From contig JBMOPW010000030.1 of NCBI GenBank assembly GCA_049322915.1, positions 1-64,000 of the forward strand: a DNA stretch of 64,000 bases, in the 5' to 3' direction. The notes under the pieces were generated by a model, which was given only the letters and a program-made list of their open reading frames with translations, was not told the origin of the DNA and ran no database searches. Of this stretch, positions 20,763 to 31,041 are shown in pieces. How positions within the stretch are numbered: the first letter of the stretch is position 1; each line of letters starts with the position of its first letter. A program made the position numbers and the translations under genes. Source of the stretch: Candidatus Zhuqueibacterota bacterium. Lineage in GTDB: Bacteria; Zhuqueibacterota; Zhuqueibacteria; Thermofontimicrobiales; Thermofontimicrobiaceae.

Positions 20763-20806
20763 AGCCATCAGCGCAGGTTTCTCAGCCGGGGCTGATGGCT
20801 TTTTTT
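20763..20806 (+). terminator. Intrinsic terminator
   Basis: AGCCATCAGC / GCTGATGGCT 10-bp stem followed by a T run. Confidence 0.8.
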
Positions 20807-21081
20807 ATTTGGACAAAACTCATCCGGCGCTGTCGCCGGCGCCTGCTCAAATTCTTCTCTTCGGTTGCTTGAATGGGCGTTTTCAACTATCGAAAAATTT
20901 TTAATTTTTCATTTGCATTATTATCAAATTTAGTTTTAATTATAGACTTGCAACTTCAATGGCGACGCGCCGGACCGCATGGTTCACCCTGAGCAATTCT
21001 GTTCCGGAGTCAGTGCCGGGCAGTTCTGTCCATGCTGCATGCGATGTGCTGCAACGCCATCGCCGAAACGAATGGAGCGAC

Positions 21082-22092
21082 ATGACCATCGAAACCTGTG
21101 CCTACGCCCGCGCCGGCCTGCTGGGCAATCCCTCGGATGGATATTTTGGCAAAGCCATTTCCATCAGTGTGAGAAATTTCGCCGCCCGAGTGCGAATCAC
21201 CGAATCGGCATTGCTTCGCGTTCTGCCAGCCAGACAGGACAGGAACGAATTCGACAGCATGGCCGATCTCGTCGCCAGGACTGAGCTTCACGGCTACGAT
21301 GGCGGGGAGCGACTGCTGAAGGCGGCGATCAAAATTTTTCACGATTATTGTCTTTCCAACGGCATCGAACTGGCGCGCAAAAATTTCACGATGGAATACG
21401 ATTCATCCATTCCCCGGCAGATCGGGCTGGCCGGGTCCAGCGCCATTGTCACAGCCGCCATGCGCGGGCTGATGCAGTTTTATGGGGTGACCATTCCCCT
21501 GCCGCTGCTGCCCACGCTGATACTCAATGCGGAGTTGCAGGAACTGGGCATTCACGCCGGGCTCCAGGATCGCGTGATTCAGGTCTACGAAGGCTGCGTT
21601 TACATGGATTTCGATCAGACGTTCGTCCAAAAACACGGTCACGGCGCGTACGAGCCGCTGTCGCCGGATCTGCTGCCGGCGTTGTACATCGCCTACAATC
21701 CGCAACTGGGAAAAATATCAGGCCGCTTGCTGAGCGACATTCGATTGAAATATGACCGCGGCGATGCGCACGTCATCGGCACATTGAATCGGATCGCCAG
21801 CCTTGCTGAGCGCGGCAAGACCGCCCTGCGGCAGGGCGATTTCGACCTGCTTCATGGGTTGATGAACGAGAATTTCGACCGGCGCAGCGAAATCATGCCG
21901 GTCAGCGAACCAAATAAAGAACTGGTGCGAACTGCCCGGGCGTGCGGCGCTTCAGCCAAATTTGCCGGCTCCGGCGGGTCTATCATTGGCATGTATCCGT
22001 CCGAAGAATCGCTGCACCGGTTGAAAATCGCCATGAAAAAATGTGGCGCTGACGTGATCATCCCACAGGTTAAGCCAGGAGAACCCGATTGA
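21082..22092 (+). CDS. GHMP kinase, glucuronokinase-like
   Basis: ARAGLLGNPSDGYFGK, IPRQIGLAGSSA, AGLQDRVIQVY and AKFAGSGG, matching plant glucuronokinase motifs. GGAG RBS before ATG 21082. Confidence 0.85.
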   Translation: MTIETCAYARAGLLGNPSDGYFGKAISISVRNFAARVRITESALLRVLPARQDRNEFDSMADLVARTELHGYDGGERLLKAAIKIFHDYCLSNGIELARKNFTMEYDSSIPRQIGLAGSSAIVTAAMRGLMQFYGVTIPLPLLPTLILNAELQELGIHAGLQDRVIQVYEGCVYMDFDQTFVQKHGHGAYEPLSPDLLPALYIAYNPQLGKISGRLLSDIRLKYDRGDAHVIGTLNRIASLAERGKTALRQGDFDLLHGLMNENFDRRSEIMPVSEPNKELVRTARACGASAKFAGSGGSIIGMYPSEESLHRLKIAMKKCGADVIIPQVKPGEPD

Positions 22093-22973
22093 AAGTCACA
22101 AAAGCTGTCATTCCGGCAGCAGGTCTGGGCACGCGATTTCTGCCGGTGACCAAGGCCATACCCAAAGAGATGCTACCCATCATCGACACGCCGACCATTC
22201 AATACGTGGTCGAGGAAGCTGTGGCGTCGGGACTGACCGATATTCTCATCATCATCGGCAAGGGCAAGCAGGCCATCGCTGACTTTTTCGACCACAATCA
22301 TGAACTGGAGCAGCGATTGCGCGGGAAGAACGATCCCAATTATGCGGAAATCGCGCGTCTGGCGGACATGGCCTCGATTCATTTCATCCGTCAGCCGGAG
22401 CAGAATGGCCTGGGCGACGCCATTCGCTACGCGAGACATCACGTGGGCGCTGAGCCATTTGCCGTGCTTCTGGGCGACACCATCATCGATGCTCAGGTTC
22501 CGGCGACGAAACAATTGATGGACATGTTCGCGCAATTCAACAGCACCATCATCGCCGGCGAATTTGTGCCGTGGGAAAAAGTATCGCGCTACGGCGTCAT
22601 TGCCGGAGAGGAAATTTCGCCCGGCATTTCAAAAGTCACTCAGCTCGTTGAAAAGCCAACCGCGGCAGAAAGTCCATCCAATCTGGTCATTGCCGGGCGC
22701 TACATCCTCACGCCGGGAATCTTCGCCGCGGTGGAAGCAACGCCGCGCGATAGAAACAACGAGATCCAGTTGACCGACGCATTGCGGAAGCTGCTCGCGA
22801 CGGAGGCGGTGTATTCCGGCGCCATCCGTGGCCGGCGCTACGACATCGGCAACAGGCTCGATTATCTCAAAACGCAAATTGAATTCGGACTGAAGCGCGA
22901 GGAATTTGCCGGGCCGCTCAGAATTTTTCTCAACGAATTGGCGCGTTCGGAATTCAAAACGATACAGGAATGA
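22089..22973 (+). CDS. galU: UTP--sugar-1-phosphate uridylyltransferase (GalU family)
   Basis: KAVIPAAGLGTRFLPVTKAIPKEMLP, GLGDA, VEKP and EIQLTDA. The TTG start overlaps the upstream TGA stop. Confidence 0.92.
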   Translation: MKVTKAVIPAAGLGTRFLPVTKAIPKEMLPIIDTPTIQYVVEEAVASGLTDILIIIGKGKQAIADFFDHNHELEQRLRGKNDPNYAEIARLADMASIHFIRQPEQNGLGDAIRYARHHVGAEPFAVLLGDTIIDAQVPATKQLMDMFAQFNSTIIAGEFVPWEKVSRYGVIAGEEISPGISKVTQLVEKPTAAESPSNLVIAGRYILTPGIFAAVEATPRDRNNEIQLTDALRKLLATEAVYSGAIRGRRYDIGNRLDYLKTQIEFGLKREEFAGPLRIFLNELARSEFKTIQE

Positions 22974-23061
22974 TTGCAGCATCAAATCATGACACAGATG
23001 AACCGTCGCTTCAGACTGTGCTCATGGAATCAAAGAACCCTTTGACCCGTGGAAAACAAAG

Positions 23062-24432
23062 ATGAAAATAGTAGACCCGATTTTGATAATTTCCCTGCTT
23101 TTCCCGCTCATGCATTGTCACACTGAAAAAGAGGAAAAATCCATCACCCAACGGCTGCCTGAGCTGGCCGATCAGGTGCGCGCTGAATTTCTCCATGCCT
23201 GGCATGGCTATAAACAATACGCCTGGGGCCACGATTGGCTGAAGCCCCTGAGCAAAAGCTATCGCGACTGGCACGGCGTTTCGCTGTACATAACGCCTGT
23301 CGACGCCTTTGATACCATGAAACTGATGGGCCTCAACGCTGAAGCCGAGGAAGCCAGGACGCTCATCCTGCAGAACCTCAATTTCGACCACGATATTCTG
23401 GTTCAGAATTTTGAAATCAATATTCGGCTGCTGGGCGGACTGCTCTCCGCCTATCAAGGGGACGGGGACCAGCGTTTTCTCGACCTGGCGACCGATTTGG
23501 GCAACCGCCTCCTCCCTGTCTTCAATTCTCCCACCGGCATGCCCTATGTGAACGTGAATTTAAAAACCGGCAAGACCAGCGGCCACGTGAATGATCCGGC
23601 GGAAATTGGCACGCTCATCGTTGAGTTCGGAACGCTGTCGCGGTTGACCGGGAATCCGGTTTATTTCGATAAAGCCAAACGCGCCCTGGTTGCGCTCTTC
23701 GAACGTCGCTCCCCCATCGACCTGGTCGGCACGACTATCGACATTGAGACTGGCCAATGGGTGAACAAAACCTGTCACGTGAGCGGAATGATCGATTCCT
23801 ATTTCGAGTACCTGCTTAAAGGTGCGCTGCTGTTCAACGATGACGATTTGAAACGCATGTGGGAGACACACATTGCAGCGATCAATAAGTACCTCGCCGA
23901 TGACTCCGATGCCGGGCTGTGGTACGGGCACGTTGATATGGATACCGGCGAGCGGGTCGCTACCCGATTCGGAGCGCTGGACGCCTTCTTTCCGGCCGTG
24001 CTGACACTGGCCGGGGACGCGGAGCGCGCCGCCCGATTGCAGCAATCCTGTTTTGCCATGTGGACGCTTCACGGCATTGAGCCGGAACAAATGGATTACC
24101 GCACCAAAGAGGTGCTCGATCCGAGCTATGTACTGCGGCCGGAGAACATCGAATCCGCGTATTATTTGTATCGCGCCACCGGCGATGAAGCCTATCTGCG
24201 CATGGGCGAAACGTATCTGACGAGCCTCATCGCCCACTGCCGGACAGAAGCCGGCTACGCTGCGCTGAAGAGCGTCATCACCAAAGAGCAGGATGATAAC
24301 ATGGAGAGCTTCTTTTTATCGGAGACACTGAAATATCTGTACCTGCTCTTTGCGCCGGCAGAGACGCTGGATTTTAATTCGGTCATTTTCACGACCGAAG
24401 CGCATCCCTTGCAGCGCCCCAAAACCAGGTAG
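23062..24432 (+). CDS. GH47 alpha-1,2-mannosidase (probable lipoprotein)
   Basis: YAWGHD.LKP, FEINIRLLGGLLSAY, DSYFEYLLK, LRPENIES, MESFFLSETLKY and FTTEAHP; Cys after the signal peptide. Confidence 0.92.
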   Translation: MKIVDPILIISLLFPLMHCHTEKEEKSITQRLPELADQVRAEFLHAWHGYKQYAWGHDWLKPLSKSYRDWHGVSLYITPVDAFDTMKLMGLNAEAEEARTLILQNLNFDHDILVQNFEINIRLLGGLLSAYQGDGDQRFLDLATDLGNRLLPVFNSPTGMPYVNVNLKTGKTSGHVNDPAEIGTLIVEFGTLSRLTGNPVYFDKAKRALVALFERRSPIDLVGTTIDIETGQWVNKTCHVSGMIDSYFEYLLKGALLFNDDDLKRMWETHIAAINKYLADDSDAGLWYGHVDMDTGERVATRFGALDAFFPAVLTLAGDAERAARLQQSCFAMWTLHGIEPEQMDYRTKEVLDPSYVLRPENIESAYYLYRATGDEAYLRMGETYLTSLIAHCRTEAGYAALKSVITKEQDDNMESFFLSETLKYLYLLFAPAETLDFNSVIFTTEAHPLQRPKTR

Positions 24433-24499
24433 ACGCCGAAACGTCAGACGATTGTTGTTTGAACCAGAACCAGTACCTCGATTATCAGAAGGACGAGTC

Positions 24500-25618
24500 A
24501 TGATCAGCAAAATCCCATTCAAGGCGCTTCTCATTTATTGGATGATCGATTCATTCCTGGGCTCGGCTGCATTCGGGCAGTCGGAACCGATCTTTCCAAT
24601 TCCCCGCATTAAATTTGAGCCCAAACACTATGTCTGTTACCGCACTCCGTCGGCCATCGATATCGATGGGAAAATTACCGAGGCGAGTTGGGATGAGGCC
24701 CAATGGACCGACGATTTTCTGGACATTGAAGGGTCGGCCAAACCAGGACCGCGTTTTCGGACCCGGGCAAAGATGGTCTGGGACGACAATTTTTTCTACG
24801 TCGCCGCAGAACTGGAAGAGCCCCATGTCTGGGCGACCCTGACCCGGCGCGACGCCGTCATTTTTTATGACAATGATTTTGAAATCTTCATCGATCCGGA
24901 CGGCGATACCCATGAATACTATGAATTCGAGATGAACGCGTTCAGCACCGAATGGGATTTGCTTCTGATCAAGCCCTACCGCGACGGCGGCCCTCCAGTC
25001 AATGGTTGGGATATTCAGGGGATCCAGACCGCTGTCTGGGTCGACGGGACTATCAACGACCCGCGCCACGACGATCATTTGTGGACGCTGGAAGTCGCCA
25101 TGCCCTGGGCCGCGCTCAAAGAATGCGCGCACAAAGACGCCCCGCCGCTGGCCGGCGATGTGTGGCGAGTGAATTTTTCCCGCGTCGAATGGCAGATTGA
25201 CGACGAAGGCGGCAAATATCAAAAGCGCATCAATCCGGAGACGGGCAAACCATTCCCGGAAGATAACTGGGTCTGGTCGCCGCAGGGACTGATTAATATG
25301 CACTACCCGGAAATGTGGGGCTTTGTTCAATTCTCCGATCATCAGGTCGGCGCTGCAACAGAAGCATTTCAATGGGACGAGCAGGAAGATATCAAATGGG
25401 TGTTGCGGCAGATTTACTACGGTCAACGAATATTTTATCTGAAACACGGCCGGTATACAACTGCGTTGATTGACCTGCGACTGACCAATCCGGATTTGCC
25501 CGACTGGTCCTGGCCACCGGAGATCGAAGTCACGCAGTACCTATTCGAAGCGAGAATGAGGAATGAATCGAAAAATGTAATTTGGCATATCGATAAAGAA
25601 GGGCGAGTGTGGAAGTAG
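24500..25618 (+). CDS. CBM9-like sugar-binding domain protein
   Basis: IDGKITE..W, TRAKMVWDD, DNDFEIFIDPDGD, WRVNFSRVEW, NWVWSPQG..NMH.PE.WG. Confidence 0.85.
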   Translation: MISKIPFKALLIYWMIDSFLGSAAFGQSEPIFPIPRIKFEPKHYVCYRTPSAIDIDGKITEASWDEAQWTDDFLDIEGSAKPGPRFRTRAKMVWDDNFFYVAAELEEPHVWATLTRRDAVIFYDNDFEIFIDPDGDTHEYYEFEMNAFSTEWDLLLIKPYRDGGPPVNGWDIQGIQTAVWVDGTINDPRHDDHLWTLEVAMPWAALKECAHKDAPPLAGDVWRVNFSRVEWQIDDEGGKYQKRINPETGKPFPEDNWVWSPQGLINMHYPEMWGFVQFSDHQVGAATEAFQWDEQEDIKWVLRQIYYGQRIFYLKHGRYTTALIDLRLTNPDLPDWSWPPEIEVTQYLFEARMRNESKNVIWHIDKEGRVWK

Positions 25619-25657
25619 TGAAACCGACTACCAATTAAATTTTTGGGAGGATTCAAT

Positions 25658-27580
25658 TTGAATTTGAACTGGATCGATTGGGGGATCGTGCTGGTGCTGT
25701 TCGCATTGATGGCAAGCGGCGTGATTATCAGCCGTAAATTCATGCGCAGTGTCGCGGACTTTCTATCTGCAGGACGAACCGGCGGTCGCTATCTTGTGAG
25801 CGTCGCTGAAGGGATTGCAGCGCTGTGCGCCATCACGGTTGTGGCGAATTTTCAAATGAACTACGCGGCCGGCTTCCCCATGAGCTGGTGGAATATGACC
25901 ATGGGCGTTGTGGTTTTGATTGTCACCGCCAGCGGTTGGGTGCGCTATCGATTCCGCGAGACGCGCGCGCTCACCATGCAGCAGTTTTTCGAACAGCGTT
26001 ATAGCAAGAATTTCAGAATTTTCTCCGGCATCCTGGCCTTCTTCGCCGGCATCATCAACTTCGGCATTTTCCCATCGGTGGGCGCCCGGTTCTTCATCTA
26101 TTTTTGCGGCTTTCCACAATCGTTCGATTTGCTGGGACTGACCTTTTCCACCTATGCGTTCACGATGATCGTGCTGCTCACCATCTCCGCGTATTTCGTT
26201 TTTGCTGGCGGCCAGATCGCCGTCATGGTGGCCGATTTCATTCAGGGGACCATTGTCAACATTGTGTTCATCATCATCGTTATCTACTTTTTCACCCGGT
26301 TCAATTTCAACCAGATTTACGAGGCGCTCTCCACTGCGCCGGCAAACGCGTCGCTCATCAATCCCTACAAAACTGGCCAGGCCGCTGATTTCAATATCTG
26401 GTTCTTCCTCATCGGAGTCGCCATTGTCTTCTACAACACGCTGTCGTGGCAGGGAACCCAGGGATTCAATTCATCGGCAAAGAGCGCTCATGAATTCAAA
26501 ATGGGCGCGATACTTTCCAACTGGCGCGCCATGGCCCAGAGCATCTTTCTGCTGTTCATTCCCATCATTGCCTTTACTGTGCTGCATCACTCGGATTTCA
26601 TCGCCGAGGCCAGCTCTGTTCAAGGTATTCTGAGCGCCGTGGACAACACGGAAATTCAGAACCAATTGAGGGTCCCCATGGTGCTGACGAAATTATTGCC
26701 TGTGGGATTGATGGGCGCGTTCGTCGCTGTTATGCTGGCGGCGTTCATCAGCACCCACGATTCCTACCTCCACTCATGGGCGTCCATTTTCATTCAGGAC
26801 GTGGTGATTCCGCTCCGCAAGAAACCGTTGACTCCCAAACAGCACATCAATTTGCTGAGAGCGGCGATCGTTTTCGTGGCAGTGTTCATTTTCTTTTTCA
26901 GTTTATTGTTCAAGCAGACCGATTATATCCTGATGTTTTTCGCCATCACTGCCGCTATTTTTGCCGGTGGTTCAGGCGCAGTGATCATCGGCGGCCTCTA
27001 CTGGAATCGCGGCACCACAACCGCGGCCTGGACCGCGATGATTGTCGGCGCAACGGTGTCCATTTCCGGCATCGTCTTAGGCCAGGTGATCCCTGACTTC
27101 CCGATCAATGGCCAGGTCATGACACTCATCGCCATGTCTTCGGCGTGCCTCAGCTACATCGTCGTTTCGCTGCTGAGCCGCAAGGAGCCGATCGACCTCG
27201 ATAAACTGCTGAAACGAGGGAAGTACAGCGTGAATTCAGACCATGACCACGGAGTTTTCAACGCGCGAAATATTTTGAGATTCTTTGGGATGGGCAAAGA
27301 GTTCACATTCTGGGACAAAGTCGTTTATGTCGCCACCTACGCGTGGATCTTCGGCTGGTTCATTGTGTTTGTCGTTGGCACCATTCTGAATATCGCGATC
27401 AAACCATCAGATATCGCCTGGATGAAATTCTGGTTCGTCTATTTGAAAATCATGGTTGTCGTCGCCAGCTTCATGGTCGTCTGGTTCACTCTGGGCGGCA
27501 TCAAAGACATTAAATATATGTTCCACAGGCTGCACACGATGGAACGGGACGAGCGCGATGACGGACGGGTTGTGCACTAG
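25658..27580 (+). CDS. Sodium:solute symporter (SSS) family transporter
   Basis: About 14 TM segments; DFLSAGR, FFEQRYS, AGGQIAV.V.DFIQG, GLYWNR. TTG start 7 nt after GGAGG. Confidence 0.9.
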   Translation: MNLNWIDWGIVLVLFALMASGVIISRKFMRSVADFLSAGRTGGRYLVSVAEGIAALCAITVVANFQMNYAAGFPMSWWNMTMGVVVLIVTASGWVRYRFRETRALTMQQFFEQRYSKNFRIFSGILAFFAGIINFGIFPSVGARFFIYFCGFPQSFDLLGLTFSTYAFTMIVLLTISAYFVFAGGQIAVMVADFIQGTIVNIVFIIIVIYFFTRFNFNQIYEALSTAPANASLINPYKTGQAADFNIWFFLIGVAIVFYNTLSWQGTQGFNSSAKSAHEFKMGAILSNWRAMAQSIFLLFIPIIAFTVLHHSDFIAEASSVQGILSAVDNTEIQNQLRVPMVLTKLLPVGLMGAFVAVMLAAFISTHDSYLHSWASIFIQDVVIPLRKKPLTPKQHINLLRAAIVFVAVFIFFFSLLFKQTDYILMFFAITAAIFAGGSGAVIIGGLYWNRGTTTAAWTAMIVGATVSISGIVLGQVIPDFPINGQVMTLIAMSSACLSYIVVSLLSRKEPIDLDKLLKRGKYSVNSDHDHGVFNARNILRFFGMGKEFTFWDKVVYVATYAWIFGWFIVFVVGTILNIAIKPSDIAWMKFWFVYLKIMVVVASFMVVWFTLGGIKDIKYMFHRLHTMERDERDDGRVVH

Positions 27581-27612
27581 AAAAACGAGCGAATTAAACT
27601 TCCAGACAAGAC

Positions 27613-27673
27613 ATAGAACACGGATGATCCGCCAAAAAGATGGCGGACGTTCCGCACAGATGTACACGGATTT
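27613..27673. repeat. Second copy of the 6673-type hairpin element
   Basis: ATAGAACACGGATGATCCGCCAAAAAGATGGCGGAC, closely similar to 6674-6709. Confidence 0.6.
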
Positions 27674-27945
27674 GAATGTATTTCAAATTTTGAAAAAGAG
27701 AGTAAAAGATAATTTAATAGAAGATTACTTCAACATTAAAAGATGCTCTCTATTCGATTTGTGAAATCATTTTTCCTCAATAAACTCCTGTACAAAATTT
27801 TCGGTTTTATGGGAGTCAGATTCTGCAGAAATGCCGCAGAGCCCAATGACCGTTCTGCGGCGTTTCTTCCATTGAAATAAATGATCCCGGCGATGCAGGG
27901 GACAGGTTTGAGGCAGGCAGCAATTTAACAACAAGCGAGTTCATC

Positions 27946-28602
27946 ATGAAAAAAGTCAAACACGAAGAATCGTCCAGCGACTCGACCATGCCACAGTGGT
28001 TAGCCTGGGCGAGGGAATTACAGGCGCTGAGCCAGATCGGGCTCACCTTCAGCAATGATGATTACGATTCCATCCGCTACCACAGGCTGCGCGAGATCGC
28101 TGCCGAAATCATTCAGACCCATGCTGGTCTGCCCAAAGATAAAGTCCTGGATAGTTTTCAGATACAGCCGGGATATGCCACGCCTAAAATTGATGTCCGC
28201 GGCGCGATCTTTCGCGACAACCGCATCCTGCTGGTGCAGGAGCGGTCAGACGAGAACTGGTGCATGCCCGGCGGCTGGGCTGATGTGGGTGAATCGCCGT
28301 CGCAGATGGTCGTGCGCGAAGTGAAGGAAGAGAGCGGATTTCACGTCGCGCCGGTCAAAGTCATTGGCGTATTTGACGCCAATCGCGACGGCCGTCCCCT
28401 GGAATTTTATCACGCCTACAAAATTGTCTTCCTGTGCCGGATCATTGGCGGCGAGGCGCAAACCAGCAATGAAACAAAGGGCGTTGAGTTTTTCGATTTC
28501 GATAACCTGCCCCCGCTGTCGTGGAGCCGCACCAATGACCGGCATCTGGCGGAAATTCAGGCGCATTTGCAGGATCCCAATCGGCTGGCGTTTTTCGATT
28601 GA
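27946..28602 (+). CDS. Nudix hydrolase with Nudix_N domain
   Basis: WARELQALSQIGL, GYATPKIDVR, and Nudix box GGWADVGESPSQMVVREVKEESG. Confidence 0.92.
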   Translation: MKKVKHEESSSDSTMPQWLAWARELQALSQIGLTFSNDDYDSIRYHRLREIAAEIIQTHAGLPKDKVLDSFQIQPGYATPKIDVRGAIFRDNRILLVQERSDENWCMPGGWADVGESPSQMVVREVKEESGFHVAPVKVIGVFDANRDGRPLEFYHAYKIVFLCRIIGGEAQTSNETKGVEFFDFDNLPPLSWSRTNDRHLAEIQAHLQDPNRLAFFD

Positions 28603-28632
28603 GGCCGCAGGTTCGCCCTCTGCCCTGCGCCA

Positions 28633-30009
28633 TTATTGGGGTGTGAACAGCAATGAAATTTCGATCTCGGCGCTGGTCAGTTTGGTTTCAATGGCGCCAT
28701 TGAGCTTCTCCATCAATTCCTTGACAATGGCTAGCCCAAGCCCGGAACCGCTCACCCTGTCACTGGTCGCGGCGCCGCGGTAAAATGGCTCGAACAATTG
28801 CTCCACAGGAATATCTATCCGGTGGACCAGCGCGTTTGCCACTTTTATTTCCACCATATCCCCCCGCAGACCGAACGCTGTTCGGATCGGATGGCTCAGG
28901 TCGCCGTATTTCAGGGCATTGTTCCAGAGATTATCCAGAATCTGGGACAGCCGCTCCGAGTCCGTGTTCAGCATGACTTTGCCCTCAATGCTGCTGGTGT
29001 AAACCGCCAGAGCCCCAATCGCCGACGCTTTATTCCCGAAATAGCTGTGCTCCTCGACCAGAAATTCCTGCAAGTCAATCGGTTTCAAATTGAGATGATA
29101 CTGAGGATCCCGAATTCGTGTCAGTTGCAGCATATCATTGGTGATTTTGACGACGCGGTTGAGATCCTTTTTCACCACTGGCAGCAGATTTTGCCGCTGG
29201 TCTTTGGACAGGATATTCATGAATTCGACAATATCAATGAAGCCTTTGATCGATGTCAGCGGCGATTTGATTTCGTGCGACGCGTGGGCCAGCAAGCGCT
29301 GCCGGGCCGCATTGCTCTCTTCGAGACTTTCGATGGTCTTTTGCAGCTGCCGGGACATGTGGTTGAAACTCCTGGCCAGAAACGCGATTTCGTCGTTGCC
29401 ATTATCCTCGAGCCGCACGTCGAACTCGCCCTTCGCCAATTTGCTGACGCCGGTCTTGAGCCGATCCAGTCGATTGATGAGATAGGCAACCAGCCGATAG
29501 CCCAATGCCGCCGAGACCAAAATCACGATGATCCCGGACATCAGGAAGTTGAAGAAGATTTTATTGGAAATGGGCGTGTTGATGAATCGCAGCCTGATTT
29601 TTACTGCATAAAATCTGGACCGGGAATTTGGATTGTAGTAAATCCGGGAAAATCCGGTCAGGCGTTTTTTTTCATGCAACTCATAGGATTGTTCCGGGAC
29701 AATCAATTCCGGCAACTTCGGGTAGACGCCCGTGATGCGCTGCGCTGCCGAATCAAACAGTTCCACATTGAATTCGAAAAACATGGAATCGATTTTCGCT
29801 CTGATTTTTTCGGCTCCCGGTTCGCTGGCATAATATTTATCCAGATCTGCAAACAACCGGTCGATGCGCGGTTGCTCCAGTTGGCTCAACATGGTCAAAA
29901 ATTCATTGCGAAAAAATAGGGTATTGATGAGCGCCAGAATGGTGAAAAGTACCAGGGAAATCGTCGCCAGGATGAAGATAATCCTGGGATAAAATGATGT
30001 GAAGATCAT
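28633..30009 (-). CDS. HAMP-domain sensor histidine kinase
   Basis: Two TM segments, HAMP (DEIAFLARSFN), H-box SHEIKSPL, N-box NALKY, G2 box GSGLGL. Confidence 0.9.
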   Translation of the reverse strand: MIFTSFYPRIIFILATISLVLFTILALINTLFFRNEFLTMLSQLEQPRIDRLFADLDKYYASEPGAEKIRAKIDSMFFEFNVELFDSAAQRITGVYPKLPELIVPEQSYELHEKKRLTGFSRIYYNPNSRSRFYAVKIRLRFINTPISNKIFFNFLMSGIIVILVSAALGYRLVAYLINRLDRLKTGVSKLAKGEFDVRLEDNGNDEIAFLARSFNHMSRQLQKTIESLEESNAARQRLLAHASHEIKSPLTSIKGFIDIVEFMNILSKDQRQNLLPVVKKDLNRVVKITNDMLQLTRIRDPQYHLNLKPIDLQEFLVEEHSYFGNKASAIGALAVYTSSIEGKVMLNTDSERLSQILDNLWNNALKYGDLSHPIRTAFGLRGDMVEIKVANALVHRIDIPVEQLFEPFYRGAATSDRVSGSGLGLAIVKELMEKLNGAIETKLTSAEIEISLLFTPQ

Positions 30010-30011
30010 GG

Positions 30012-30695
30012 CTATTTTCCGAATTTGTATCCAATGCCGAACACAGTTTTTATATACTCAGGGGATTTTGTTTCAATCTCGATCTTGCTGCGCAACCGGG
30101 CGATGTGCGAGTCCAGTGTCCTCCCATAACCTTCGTACTCGTATCCCATCACCATTTCAATGAGCGTATTTCGGCTGAACACCACGCCGGGTTTTTTAAT
30201 CAAGATCTCCAGAATCTTGAACTCGGTCGGTGTCAAATCGATGGGCTCGCCGTCCACGGTCACCTGCCGGGTATCCAGATCCATGGTAATTTCCTCGTAG
30301 ACGATCTGCGATTTTTCCTCGCCCTCACCTTTCCCGTCGCTGCGCCGGATGAGCGCTTTGATGCGGGCGATGAGCTCCATCATCTCAAACGGTTTGGTCA
30401 GGTAATCATCCGCACCCGCCTCAAATCCCACCAATTTATCGATGATTTCAGAGCGAGCTGTCAGCATTAAAATCGGAGCGTCGGTGACCCGGCGCAATTT
30501 GGGAAGCAGGTCCGGTCCATTTTCGTCGGGGAGCATCCAGTCGAGAATAATAGCGTCCACTTCCCGCAGCCGGTCGAACCGAAGGGCGGTGGCCGCATCC
30601 GGCGCTGCGTGCACGGCAAAGCCAAACATCTGCAACTGAACGCGAATTGTTTGAGCGATCCCGGTCTCATCCTCAATGAGCAATATTTGTTTCAT
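30012..30695 (-). CDS. OmpR/PhoB family response regulator
   Basis: LIEDE, LDWMLP, LTAR, GADDYLTKPF, winged-helix RTLDSHIARLR. GGAGG RBS before ATG 30695. Confidence 0.93.
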   Translation of the reverse strand: MKQILLIEDETGIAQTIRVQLQMFGFAVHAAPDAATALRFDRLREVDAIILDWMLPDENGPDLLPKLRRVTDAPILMLTARSEIIDKLVGFEAGADDYLTKPFEMMELIARIKALIRRSDGKGEGEEKSQIVYEEITMDLDTRQVTVDGEPIDLTPTEFKILEILIKKPGVVFSRNTLIEMVMGYEYEGYGRTLDSHIARLRSKIEIETKSPEYIKTVFGIGYKFGK

Positions 30696-30790
30696 CGGCG
30701 TTTCCTCCAGTACAGGTTTCTGGCTCAATGTAAAAAACTAATTCGACAATTCATAGCAAAAATATAACGTTAACACTTTTTGAAGAGGAG

Positions 30791-30808
30791 CGCAACAACT
30801 TCGCAACA
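30791..30808. promoter_or_regulatory. Putative OmpR-type operator (11-bp phased direct repeat)
   Basis: CGCAACA at 30791 and at 30802. Confidence 0.5.
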
Positions 30809-31024
30809 TGTTCGCTGCGTCTTCGCCAGATCTGCCACGGGTACAGCCCATCCGGCGCGCGCAACCCGGTCGACATAGCAGAAGGGAACGACGCTGCATT
30901 TTCCTCTCTGTGACATGAATCAAATCCGGATAAAATTGCTGATGAACAGAACAACGTTTTTAATAAACATGGCTCACGCATCACCATTTTTTCATATGGC
31001 CGGCATGTTTTTTTAATGGGATTT

Positions 31025-31041
31025 CAACACGGCTGCAACAC
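31025..31041 (+). promoter_or_regulatory. Putative OmpR-type operator (11-bp phased direct repeat)
   Basis: CAACAC at 31025 and at 31036, upstream of a TATATT -10-like box. Confidence 0.5.
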
